Assembly (NCBI GenBank): GCA_018829565.1
Contig: JAHJTW010000183.1
Coordinates: 9,996 to 73,995 of the forward strand
Reading direction: 5' to 3'
DNA from: a bacterium
Lineage (GTDB): Bacteria; Krumholzibacteriota; Krumholzibacteriia; LZORAL124-64-63
Length of the DNA: 64,000 bases
Notes under the pieces: generated by a model
Seen by the model: only the letters and a program-made list of their open reading frames with translations
Told to the model about the DNA's origin: nothing
Databases searched by the model: none
Translations under genes and position numbers: made by a program
Shown: piece after piece, positions 55,502-64,000 of the stretch
How the letters are laid out: every line of letters begins with the position of its first letter
Position numbering within the stretch: position 1 is the stretch's first letter

Positions 55502-56299
55502 ATGTCCCGAACCATGACCCTTCCGAACCCTGCGGTCCCCGGATTCCGTGGTCTGTTCCCGGACTGGCGGGACCGCCGTCCCCTCGACTTCTTCTTCCTG
55601 GAGGAACTCCTGGAAGCCAGGGCGAAGTCCCGATTCCCGACGAATTCCGCCGGCGGGGACGAGGACGTGAACGTCTTCCTCGCCCACCTGCTGACCCGCC
55701 TCGCGATGGCCGATCGACCCGGCGAGGCCGTCTTCGGCTCCGGCCCCATGATCCGGCCCCCCGAACCCGGCACGTCGATCCGCCGGCAGGCGGCCTGGTA
55801 CCGCCGCCAGGGCGAACACCGGCTGCTCTACCTGGGCCTTTTCGACCGCGGCGAGGCGAGACGGCGGCGGGCCACCCTGTACGGGATGAGCCCGGGTGAA
55901 ACCCGCCGCCGGGACGCGGCCTGTGCCACGGCATGCCTGGAGGTGGCCGCGAACCTGTACGCCAGGATCCCCGGCGCCGGGGGCCAGGCGCAGGTCCTGG
56001 CGAAGCTCGCCGCCGGCTTCGAATCCTACGTCCACGTCCTGGGCGTGCTGGCCACGCGCCGCTGGGGCCTCGGCGCCCGCATCAGCGACCGGGCCCTCAG
56101 GGATCTGCTGGAGGAATCGTCCGAATCGCCGGAAAGGCAACCCGACGTGCCCGGACCCCGGCCCGGACCGTCGTCGGCCGACTACGATGCGTTCCTGGAT
56201 CTGTGGTCATGCTACCGGGAATCCGGCGAGCCGGCGGACCGCGCTGCGCTGGCTGCCAGGGCCGCCGAGCTGGGCATCCGGACCCCCGGCCTGGAATGA
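55502..56299 (+). CDS. hypothetical protein
   Basis: Long ORF with host-like codon usage; DEDVNVFLAHLL and GEHRLLYLGLF. Confidence 0.65.
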   Translation: MSRTMTLPNPAVPGFRGLFPDWRDRRPLDFFFLEELLEARAKSRFPTNSAGGDEDVNVFLAHLLTRLAMADRPGEAVFGSGPMIRPPEPGTSIRRQAAWYRRQGEHRLLYLGLFDRGEARRRRATLYGMSPGETRRRDAACATACLEVAANLYARIPGAGGQAQVLAKLAAGFESYVHVLGVLATRRWGLGARISDRALRDLLEESSESPERQPDVPGPRPGPSSADYDAFLDLWSCYRESGEPADRAALAARAAELGIRTPGLE

Positions 56300-56308
56300 G
56301 GGGACGGG

Positions 56309-57415
56309 TCAATCCCCGTCGGCGATGAACTTGACGATTTCCCGGTAGAGCACGGCCTCACCGTGGGCGGCGAGCACCGCGTGACCTCCCTCGGGAAAGA
56401 CCTGGAACCGCGAGGCGGGGTGCCTCGCCTTGCGCTGAAGGAAGCGCAGGGACTCGGGCGAAGCCCGGTCGTCGTCGTCGCACTGGGCGGCATAGATGGG
56501 TGCGGGGATCTGGCCGACCCTGCCCCGGGCCCGGTCCATGCCTTCCATCAGGCCCGCGTTCCAGCCCAGCCGGCGATTCATGAAGCGGAAACGGTGGAGC
56601 TTCAGGCGGACCAGCAGGCGCTGGAAGAGGGACTCGAAGGGCATGATGGCCGGAGCCAGCAGGACCAGGGAGGCGACTTTCTCCTGGCGAGCCAGGAGAA
56701 GGGCCAGGGTGGCTCCGAAGCCCAGGCCGACCACGTGGATCAGGCCGCCGCCGCGGGCGAGCCGGCCGTGGTACTGGAGGACCTGGTTGAGGGCCGCTTC
56801 CCACGACACCTCGCTGATGGTGTGCCCGGGACGGCCGTAATCCGGCAGGCGCATGCCGTGGACGTTGAATCCCGCATCGAACAGACGCTGCCCCAGTTCC
56901 CTCAGATCCCCAGGGCCGGTGGACACGCCGTGGATCAGCAGGACGCTGCCCTTGGCGTCTTCCTTGATCCGCAGGAAACTCTGGTCGTCCGGGGGGATGC
57001 GGCGTTCCTTCTCGAAGGAACCCACCAGCCGGACCTGGTTGCGCATGGTGATCATGTGCCCGCGCGGGGAGTCCTGGCCCTGGGGCCGGGAACGGGCCAG
57101 ATCCCAGGCGGACAGGGACAGGGCCATCGTCTGGCGCTGGAGGACGGGATCGCGCTTGGGCAGGGCGTCCTGGGCCGGGGCGACAGCGGCCTGCGCCGGC
57201 GGGGGTCCGGCAGGAGCCTCGGTCCCGGGCCGACCCGGACCGTTGCGGTCGCCGGCTGGACGAGGATCACGGGAATCGCGGGGATCGCGCCCCCGGTCGC
57301 CGCGCCGGAACGGAGGCCTGGAGGGCCCCCGGCCCGTGGGGCCGCCCCTGCGCGGGCCGCTGGGCCGGCCGCCTGAGCGGTTGCGATCGCCGTTGTCCTG
57401 GGGTCCGCTCGTCAC
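56309..57415 (-). CDS. alpha/beta hydrolase (carboxylesterase-like) lacking nucleophile Ser, with R/G/P-rich N-terminus
   Basis: LLIHG, GLGFGA at the elbow, LLAPA, DD and GGH motifs. Confidence 0.75.
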   Translation of the reverse strand: MTSGPQDNGDRNRSGGRPSGPRRGGPTGRGPSRPPFRRGDRGRDPRDSRDPRPAGDRNGPGRPGTEAPAGPPPAQAAVAPAQDALPKRDPVLQRQTMALSLSAWDLARSRPQGQDSPRGHMITMRNQVRLVGSFEKERRIPPDDQSFLRIKEDAKGSVLLIHGVSTGPGDLRELGQRLFDAGFNVHGMRLPDYGRPGHTISEVSWEAALNQVLQYHGRLARGGGLIHVVGLGFGATLALLLARQEKVASLVLLAPAIMPFESLFQRLLVRLKLHRFRFMNRRLGWNAGLMEGMDRARGRVGQIPAPIYAAQCDDDDRASPESLRFLQRKARHPASRFQVFPEGGHAVLAAHGEAVLYREIVKFIADGD

Positions 57416-58224
57416 TCGGGTTCCTTTTCCGGTAGGGGAAGGTCCGCCAGCCTGCTGCATATGATCCCGGGCCAGTCCTCCTGGTCCATGCGGCCCAGGA
57501 TCTCGTGGTCCCCGTACTTCCCGGACAGGACGAAGGCCGTCTGCATGCCCAGGCGTCCGGCGGTGACCAGATCGGCCACCGGATCATCCGAGATAAATAG
57601 AGTATCCGCCGCTGCAACGCCAATTCTTTTCATTGCTGCCCGGTAAATCCGGGGATCGGGCTTGCCGACGGTGACCACCTTGCCCCGCCCTCCGAGGGCC
57701 TCCAGGGCGGCCGACCAGCAACCCGGCCCCAGGCGTCGCCGATCATCGGCGTCCAGATAGAAAAGGTTCCGGTGGAGGCAGATCAGGTCCGCGCCGTGAT
57801 CCAGCAGGGAAGGCAGGACGGCATCCAGGCGCGCGACGTCCAGGCCCGGATCCAGGCCCATCACCACGGCCCCGCAGGGACCTCCCCCCACCACCTCGAT
57901 GCCGGCCTCTTCCCAGTAGCCCCGCATCCCGGGCGCCCCGAGCCAGACGATCCTGCCGATCCCCCGTTCCATCAGGAGGGTCAGGGCCAGCTCGACCGCC
58001 CCCAACAGATGGCCGCGGGTCAGGGAGAACCCCGCCCGGTTGAGCCGGTCGATCAGGGTCCCCGGCCGGTCGGTGGTGTTGTTGGAGACCAGGCAGAACG
58101 GGGCCCCGGCAGCGGCCAGACGCTCCATCCACTCCACCGATCCGGCCACCGGTTCGTAGGCCTTGTTCCGGACCAGGACCCCTTCGATGTCGATGAGGTA
58201 TCCGCGCGGGGCGGGGCGGTTCAC
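57412..58224 (-). CDS. HAD-IIA family hydrolase (NagD/LHPP-like)
   Basis: DIEGVL, SNNT, VGKP, SDD..AD and SGKY motifs. Confidence 0.85.
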   Translation of the reverse strand: MNRPAPRGYLIDIEGVLVRNKAYEPVAGSVEWMERLAAAGAPFCLVSNNTTDRPGTLIDRLNRAGFSLTRGHLLGAVELALTLLMERGIGRIVWLGAPGMRGYWEEAGIEVVGGGPCGAVVMGLDPGLDVARLDAVLPSLLDHGADLICLHRNLFYLDADDRRRLGPGCWSAALEALGGRGKVVTVGKPDPRIYRAAMKRIGVAAADTLFISDDPVADLVTAGRLGMQTAFVLSGKYGDHEILGRMDQEDWPGIICSRLADLPLPEKEPE

Positions 58225-59408
58225 GGCCGGAATCCTTCCTGGTTGCGGTCGCCATGGGCCGGGGCGGATTCGGCCGCCCCGGCCAGGAACTCGTCGAACT
58301 CGCCGATCAGGCGCTCCCAGCAGAACGGATCCACGTCCAGATCGAGGGAACAGACATGGCCGCGGGCGTCGCCGCCGATCAGATCGGCGAGGAGATCGAT
58401 GAACTCCTCCTGGTTATCATAGAAGTGGTCCCCTCGGCAACGGGAAGCGTAGAGGGAGGGGTAGACCTGCCGCCGAGGCAAGACCGGATAGCAGCCCGCG
58501 TGGACGGCTTCGGCCACGGCGATCCCGAAATATTCCTGGTCGGCGCAGCTGACGACGATGTCCCCGGATTCGAGCAGGGCGTCGTAATCTGCACGGGATG
58601 GCAGATGGCCGAAGGCCACGCAGCGCTCCCCCAGCCGGTCGCGCAGGGGCAGGAAAACCTCCTCGTTGCCGGCCGTCTCCCCCAGCAGGGCGACCTCGAA
58701 ATCGAGCCCGCGGTCGAGCAGGGCCTCCACGGCGGCGACGAAATCCCCGGGGCGCTTGTCGAATTCCCAGCGATGGTTCCAGATCAGGCGGTGCCGCTTC
58801 CCCCGGGGCCAGGGCAGGCCCGCTCCGGGTTCGCAAGCGCCCCCGCGGTAGAAAGCGAAGCGGTCCGACGCGAGGGGCTTCCGATCCAGACCCACCGGCA
58901 AGACCCGGCAGCGGGGGGCCAGACGCTCGGCCACCCGCCGGGGAACCGCCTCGGGCATCTTGTTCAGGAAGACCGGCACGGCGTCCAGGAAGAGATCCCG
59001 GTGCCAGGCCGAGTTGAATACGACGTGATCGGACGCCAGGGCGCTGATGATGTTGGTGAACCCGAAGTGGAAGTCGAATTCCTCCTGGGGGCTCAGCGGA
59101 TAGGTGAGCTGGTTCTCGTGCATGTACAGGACGATGGGCGCCCTGTCCAGCGGCGGATGCAGCAGACCCTTCAGGTCGGCGACGTTCAGGAAGCCGGTGA
59201 CCAGGAGCAGGTCGACCCTGCGGGGGGGGCCTTCGTTGATCCGGTCGGCGAAGGTTGCCGCAGCCCCGCGCATCCTCCACTTCCAGAACCGGCCGGGCAT
59301 CGTCAGGCAGTCGATGCGGTGTCGCGAGCGCCCCGCGAGCCCTTCCCTGAAAGCCTTGTGGGAGCCCCCGTCGAAAGGTTCGATGAACAGGATGTCCTTT
59401 ATCTCCAA
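58221..59408 (-). CDS. DUF3524/GTDC1 (QTMAN-like) glycosyltransferase
   Basis: EPFDGGSH, PGRFWKWRMRG, YMHENQLTYP, WNHRWEFDK and EYFGIAVAEA motifs. Confidence 0.85.
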   Translation of the reverse strand: MEIKDILFIEPFDGGSHKAFREGLAGRSRHRIDCLTMPGRFWKWRMRGAAATFADRINEGPPRRVDLLLVTGFLNVADLKGLLHPPLDRAPIVLYMHENQLTYPLSPQEEFDFHFGFTNIISALASDHVVFNSAWHRDLFLDAVPVFLNKMPEAVPRRVAERLAPRCRVLPVGLDRKPLASDRFAFYRGGACEPGAGLPWPRGKRHRLIWNHRWEFDKRPGDFVAAVEALLDRGLDFEVALLGETAGNEEVFLPLRDRLGERCVAFGHLPSRADYDALLESGDIVVSCADQEYFGIAVAEAVHAGCYPVLPRRQVYPSLYASRCRGDHFYDNQEEFIDLLADLIGGDARGHVCSLDLDVDPFCWERLIGEFDEFLAGAAESAPAHGDRNQEGFRP

Positions 59409-59480
59409 CGCTCCCAACTCCTTGGATCGACCTGGGAAGATCCTTGCCAACGGGGAGATTCCTTCAAAAAACCTGTCATA

Positions 59481-59509
59481 TTGAAGATAATCCATGGTTC
59501 CCGTATAAT
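59481..59509 (+). promoter_or_regulatory. sigma70 promoter for the S8 protease
   Basis: TTGAAG-N17-TATAAT. Confidence 0.65.
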
Positions 59510-59647
59510 TATCCAGCTTGATTTCGTCATCCTGAATCGCCCGAAAGCCCTCGCTGCTTTCATCCATCCGATCCGGGACCTCTTGTCATCCGGCGCGTCG
59601 TGGAGCGCCCGGGAATTCGTGGACCATTGTGAGGGGGAAGACCCACC

Positions 59648-62600
59648 ATGAAACGAATCGCGCTGCTCGCCCTGGCGGCCCTTTCTCTGTCGGCGATCCT
59701 GTCCTTCGGGGCCGCCGCCCAGCCCTACGAAAACGCTTCGGTGGTGGGCCAGGTGCCCGACCGCGTCGTCCTCCTGCTGAAACCCGGTGTCGCGATGACC
59801 GGCGACAAGGCCGCCGGCTCCTCCCGGGTCGAGGTGCCCGCCCTCGAGGCCCTGGCCGAGCGCTTCCAGGTCAAGGGCATGGAGCAGCTTTACGGCGGGA
59901 TGACCGCCAAGCTGGCCGACAAGAGCATCCGCGACGAGGCCGAACGCTACGTCGCCGTCGACTTCCCGGCGGAGATGGGCCTGCATCGCGTCCAGGCCGC
60001 CTTCGCGGCCCGTCCCGAGGTCGAGAAGGTCATGCTGGTGGACATCTGCCGGAACTACGCCTACCTGCCCAATGATCCGGGCCTGTCGGGTTCCCAGTGG
60101 TACGTCCGGAACCTGAACCTCAGCGGCGGCGACACCCGGGCCGTGGGCGCCTGGAACGAGACCCTGGGCGATTCCAACGTCGTGGTGGCCGTGGTCGACT
60201 CCGGGGTGGACTGGAACCATCCCGATCTTGGCGGCCCCCACCCCGACAGGGTCAACGGCGCCATCCGGACCAACTGGGCCGAGTATTACGGGAACCCGGG
60301 AGTCGATGACGACAGCAACGGCAAGATCGACGACATCCGCGGCTGGGACTTCGTGAACGTGCCCGGCCAGGGCTACCCCGACGAGGACGATGCGACGCCC
60401 GACAACGATCCCATGGACTACGAAAGTCACGGCACCGCCATCGCGGGGATGGTGGCCGGCATCGGCAACAACGGCATCGGCGTGGCCGGCGTGGCCCACG
60501 GCTGCAAGATCCTGCCCGTGCGCGTCGGCTGGCTGCCCGACGGGGAAAGCCTGGGCGTGGTGCGGATGGACTTCGCCTCCCAGGGCATGATCTACGCCTC
60601 GGGCAACGGCGCCGACGCGATCAACTGCAGCTGGGGCTCGACCTCCTTCCTGTCGTTCGCCGTCAGCACCGCCACCAGCGCGGGCGTGGCGATCTTCACC
60701 GCCGCCGGCAACGACAACACCGACAGCGATCCCGGCAACGGCGTGCCCTCCTACCTGTCGACCCATCCGGACGTGATCGCGGTCGCGGCCACCAACAGCA
60801 GCGACGGCAAGGCCTCCTTCTCGAATTACGGCACCTGGGTCGAGGTCTCCGCACCGGGGGCGGGCATCTACACGACCTGGTACAGCTACGTCACGCAGAC
60901 CCGCGGCTACAGCACCGTCGACGGCACCAGCTTCGCCTCCCCCATCGCCGCGGCCTGCTACGCCTTGATCAAGTCCGGCACCGGCGGCAACCGCACGACC
61001 TGCCTCGGACTCCTGTTGAACAACTGCGACGACATCGACGCCTTGAACCCCGCCTATGCCGGATTGCTGGGCAACGGCAGGGTCAACCTGCTGAAGGCCC
61101 TCGGCGACAACGTCCACCTGTATCCGGACGAATTCCCCACCTTGTACGACGCCCTCCACAGCGGTGCGGCCGGTGATACCATCAAGGTGGCGAACACTGC
61201 TCCCCTGGTCGGGCCGGTGACCATCGACGAGCGGGGCCTGGTCATCTACGGCGGTTATGACGCCTCGTTCACCACGCGCGATCCCGCCGGCTCCCCCACG
61301 GTCATCGACGGCAGCCTCAGCTCCACCGTCATGAGGTTCTCGAGCGGCACGGGTTCCGACACCGTGGTCGACGGTTTCAAGCTCGTCGGAGGCGGCGGCC
61401 AGGACTACAGCGGCATCCCCTACACCGCCCGCTACGGCGGCGGCCTGATCGTCAAGGACGCCTCTCCGGTCCTCCGCAACCTCGAGATCACCGGCTGCAG
61501 CGTCGGCCTTTCCAGCCAGCTCGGCTGCGGCGGCGGCATCATGCTGGTGAACTCGGACTCCTACCTGGAGAACGTCTGGATCCACGGCAACACGGGGATC
61601 TACGGGGCCGGGGTGTTCGTCTACGACAGCAACCCCACCCTGATCGACTGCACCATCGAGGACAACGTCTCGCGCAACGACAACCTCAGCTACGCCCCGC
61701 TGGGCGGCGGCATCCACGTCCTGGACAGCAACCTGTACCTCAGCGGCTGCGTCATCGACGGCCATGCCGACCTGAACAACGGGGGCGGCGTCTACGCCGC
61801 GGGCGTGGGCGCCAGCACCAGCCTCACCATGACCGGCGGATCCGTCAGCGGCAACAGCGCCCTGAACAACGGGGGCGGCATCTATCTCAGCGGCGGCCAG
61901 GCCGACCTGTTCGGGGTGACCATCTCCGACAACACCAAGCTGCCTGCGAGCTCCCTGATGAACGGCGGAGGCATCTACGCCAACGGGACGCTCTTCAGCG
62001 CGGACAGCCTGACCTGCACCGGCAACCAGGCGACCTTCGGCGGCGGGTTGTACCTGACCAGCTGCAGTTCGGCCAGCCTCTCCCGGTCCCTGGTCGCCGG
62101 CAACACGGGCAGCTTCCTGGCCGGGGGCCTGAGCTACCAGAACAACGCCGCCGGCTCGCTCTCGGCCAACACCTTCGCCGGCAACGCAGGGACCAGCTTC
62201 GGGGCCGGAGGCATCCAGGTCACCGGAACCTCCCCCGACATGAGCAACAACCTGGTGGCCTTCAACACCGGCGGGACCAACTACGCCAACGGCGTGGCCG
62301 TGGTGTCGGTCCCTCCCTCCTTCCTCTGCAACGACGTCTTCGGGAACGCGGGCGCGGACTATTCCGGGATGACCGATCCCACGGGCACCGGCGGCAACAT
62401 CTCCGCCGATCCCCTGTTCTGCGACGCCGGCGGCGGCGACTACCGGATCGGCGCAGGGTCCCCCTGCGCCCCGGCCAACAGCGGCGGTTGCGACCTGATC
62501 GGCGCCCTCGGCGTGTGCGCCGCCTCGCCGGTTCCCGGCGACGGCGAGACGCCGCTGGCCTTCCGGTTGGACAAGAACTTCCCCAACCCGTTCAACCCCC

Positions 62601-62833
62601 GAACCACGATCCGCTTCGCCCTGCCTGAGGCCGGCCGGACCCGCGTCGTCGTTTTCGATGTGGCCGGCCGCCAGGTCAAGACCCTGGTCGACGAGGATCT
62701 CTCCGCCCAGGTCCATTCGGTGATCTGGAACGGGGACGACGACCGCGGCCGCACGGTCGCCGCCGGAGTCTATTTCTACATGGTGACCAGCGGGGACGAC
62801 ACCTCCGTGGGCCGGATGGCCCTCGTGAAGTAG
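59648..62833 (+). CDS. secreted S8 serine protease + beta-helix repeats + FlgD-Ig/T9SS-like C-terminal domain
   Basis: Triad in VDSG, HGT and GTSFASP; AAGN; GGGIY repeats; NFPNPFNPRT...WNGDDD.G..VAAGVYFY. Confidence 0.9.
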   Translation: MKRIALLALAALSLSAILSFGAAAQPYENASVVGQVPDRVVLLLKPGVAMTGDKAAGSSRVEVPALEALAERFQVKGMEQLYGGMTAKLADKSIRDEAERYVAVDFPAEMGLHRVQAAFAARPEVEKVMLVDICRNYAYLPNDPGLSGSQWYVRNLNLSGGDTRAVGAWNETLGDSNVVVAVVDSGVDWNHPDLGGPHPDRVNGAIRTNWAEYYGNPGVDDDSNGKIDDIRGWDFVNVPGQGYPDEDDATPDNDPMDYESHGTAIAGMVAGIGNNGIGVAGVAHGCKILPVRVGWLPDGESLGVVRMDFASQGMIYASGNGADAINCSWGSTSFLSFAVSTATSAGVAIFTAAGNDNTDSDPGNGVPSYLSTHPDVIAVAATNSSDGKASFSNYGTWVEVSAPGAGIYTTWYSYVTQTRGYSTVDGTSFASPIAAACYALIKSGTGGNRTTCLGLLLNNCDDIDALNPAYAGLLGNGRVNLLKALGDNVHLYPDEFPTLYDALHSGAAGDTIKVANTAPLVGPVTIDERGLVIYGGYDASFTTRDPAGSPTVIDGSLSSTVMRFSSGTGSDTVVDGFKLVGGGGQDYSGIPYTARYGGGLIVKDASPVLRNLEITGCSVGLSSQLGCGGGIMLVNSDSYLENVWIHGNTGIYGAGVFVYDSNPTLIDCTIEDNVSRNDNLSYAPLGGGIHVLDSNLYLSGCVIDGHADLNNGGGVYAAGVGASTSLTMTGGSVSGNSALNNGGGIYLSGGQADLFGVTISDNTKLPASSLMNGGGIYANGTLFSADSLTCTGNQATFGGGLYLTSCSSASLSRSLVAGNTGSFLAGGLSYQNNAAGSLSANTFAGNAGTSFGAGGIQVTGTSPDMSNNLVAFNTGGTNYANGVAVVSVPPSFLCNDVFGNAGADYSGMTDPTGTGGNISADPLFCDAGGGDYRIGAGSPCAPANSGGCDLIGALGVCAASPVPGDGETPLAFRLDKNFPNPFNPRTTIRFALPEAGRTRVVVFDVAGRQVKTLVDEDLSAQVHSVIWNGDDDRGRTVAAGVYFYMVTSGDDTSVGRMALVK

Positions 62834-62855
62834 CCCGTCTCTCTTTGCATCCCAA

Positions 62856-62887
62856 GACGACCGCCGGGCCCGGGTCCGGCGGTCGTT
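62856..62887 (+). terminator. hairpin after the S8 gene
   Basis: GACGACCGCCGG...CCGGCGGTCGTT. Confidence 0.5.
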
Positions 62888-62969
62888 CGTTGCGGGGCGT
62901 CGGGGCGTTGGCGTTCCGCCCCCGGTGGGTTAGATTTCCGGCAGGCTTCGACCCCTCCAAGGAGAAACC

Positions 62970-63335
62970 ATGGCCACCAAGCCCAGCAAGATCCTCGAGG
63001 TCTTCGACAATCCCAATCCCGAGCGGGACTACGAGATCGAGTTCGACTGCCCGGAGTTCACCTGTCTGTGTCCCCTGACGGGCCAGCCCGACTTCGCCCA
63101 CTTCAAGATCACCTACGTCCCCGGCGAGAAGTGCGTCGAACTCAAGTCCCTGAAACTCTACCTGTGGTCCTACCGCAACGAGGGCGCCTTCCACGAGAAG
63201 GTCACCAACCTGATCCTCGACGACCTGGTGGCCGCGACCAGGCCGCGCCTGATGGAAGTGCGGGGAGAATGGTTCGTGCGCGGCGGCATCACCACCGTGG
63301 TGACGGCCAGCCACCACGATGAGGACTGGGAATAG
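62970..63335 (+). CDS. queF: preQ0 (7-cyano-7-deazaguanine) reductase, type I
   Basis: [27 protein letters not shown] and RGGI motifs. Confidence 0.95.
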   Translation: MATKPSKILEVFDNPNPERDYEIEFDCPEFTCLCPLTGQPDFAHFKITYVPGEKCVELKSLKLYLWSYRNEGAFHEKVTNLILDDLVAATRPRLMEVRGEWFVRGGITTVVTASHHDEDWE

Positions 63336-63341
63336 GATCCC

Positions 63342-64000
63342 TCAATCCAGGACGATGGGCACCGGCCGGCCGCACGAAGGGCAGGCCGGTTTCCCCTGGA
63401 GGCGGGACTCCGCATGGAAACCCGTCCGCGCGATCAGCGTGAAGCCGCAGCCGGGACACACGGTGTCGCTCCCCTCGGCGGCCTTCAGGTTCCCCAGATA
63501 GACCCAGGGCAGGACTTTCCGGGCGATCCCGTACGCGCGCCGCAGGGTTTCCGGCGGCGTGGCCGGGGCCTTCATCTTCCAGGCCGGGTGGTAGGCGCTG
63601 AAGTGCAGGGGGATTTCGGGATCGAGGTCGGCGACCCAGTCCACCAGGTCGTTGATCTGCTCGTCCGCGTCGTTGTGGCCGGGGATGACCAGGTTGGTCA
63701 GTTCGATGTGGACCCCCGCGGCGTGGAACTGCCGGATCGCGTCCAGCACCGGCCCGAGCCTGGCCCTGCAGATGCGCCGGTAGAACCTGTCCTCCATGGA
63801 CTTCAGGTCGATGTTGGCCGCATCGATCAAAGGCAGCAATCCGGCCAGGGGCTCCTCGTTCAGGAATCCGTTGGTGACCAGGACGTTCTTCAGCCCGGCC
63901 GCCCGGGCGAGGGACGCCGTATCCCTCACGAACTCGTACCAGACCAGGGGTTCGCTGTAGGTGAACGCCAGCCCCACGCCGCCGGAGCGCAGGGCGGCGT
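63342..64000 (-). CDS. amrS: AmmeMemoRadiSam system radical SAM enzyme (5' truncated)
   Basis: FTYSEP, VTNG, NIDLK, HFSAYHP, VYLGN and C-terminal CxxC...CxxC. Confidence 0.85.
   Translation of the reverse strand, partial: AALRSGGVGLAFTYSEPLVWYEFVRDTASLARAAGLKNVLVTNGFLNEEPLAGLLPLIDAANIDLKSMEDRFYRRICRARLGPVLDAIRQFHAAGVHIELTNLVIPGHNDADEQINDLVDWVADLDPEIPLHFSAYHPAWKMKAPATPPETLRRAYGIARKVLPWVYLGNLKAAEGSDTVCPGCGFTLIARTGFHAESRLQGKPACPSCGRPVPIVLD

Noticed and set aside
57412..58224. HAD DxE/SDD variants as another pseudoenzyme
   Set aside because: The nucleophile Asp, motif II, Lys and motif IV acids are all retained, so it is probably active.
62834..62969. preQ1 riboswitch before queF
   Set aside because: No recognisable aptamer or A-rich tail; only a GC hairpin.

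Overview
GC-rich bacterial chromosomal segment with about 51 densely packed genes. A FlgD/T9SS-like C-terminal domain and a 'TETTSWGDLKALWR' tail suggest an FCB-group candidate phylum such as Krumholzibacteriota/Latescibacterota (inference). No rRNA, tRNA, CRISPR array, transposase or integrase was recognised. Housekeeping blocks: nucleotide-sugar genes (Rmd/GMD-like, ugd, DegT), pyrR-pyrB-pyrC-[TPR lipoprotein]-pyrK-pyrD with an upstream attenuator, dusB, galT-glgA-HK-RR-glgC, ClC, M16 peptidase, cdaA, S8 protease, queF, amrS. Most notable items: (1) a polytopic membrane protein whose motifs align in order with eukaryotic DPY19 tryptophan C-mannosyltransferases; (2) an AT-rich secreted beta-helix gene with its own promoter, bracketed by two 78-bp hairpin-containing direct repeats; (3) a minus-strand module of apparently inactivated signalling proteins (MCP-like with a triple C-terminal motif, His-less Hpt-like, Xis/BldC-like HTH preceded by a ~10-bp phased array, STAS plus degenerate HD-GYP) converging on cdaA; (4) further probable pseudoenzymes (HemC-like lacking the cofactor Cys, alpha/beta hydrolase lacking Ser); (5) a QTMAN/GTDC1-like glycosyltransferase near queF; (6) a P-loop kinase ending in the beta-clamp motif QLDLF. 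All family calls come from motif recognition by eye, not database searches.
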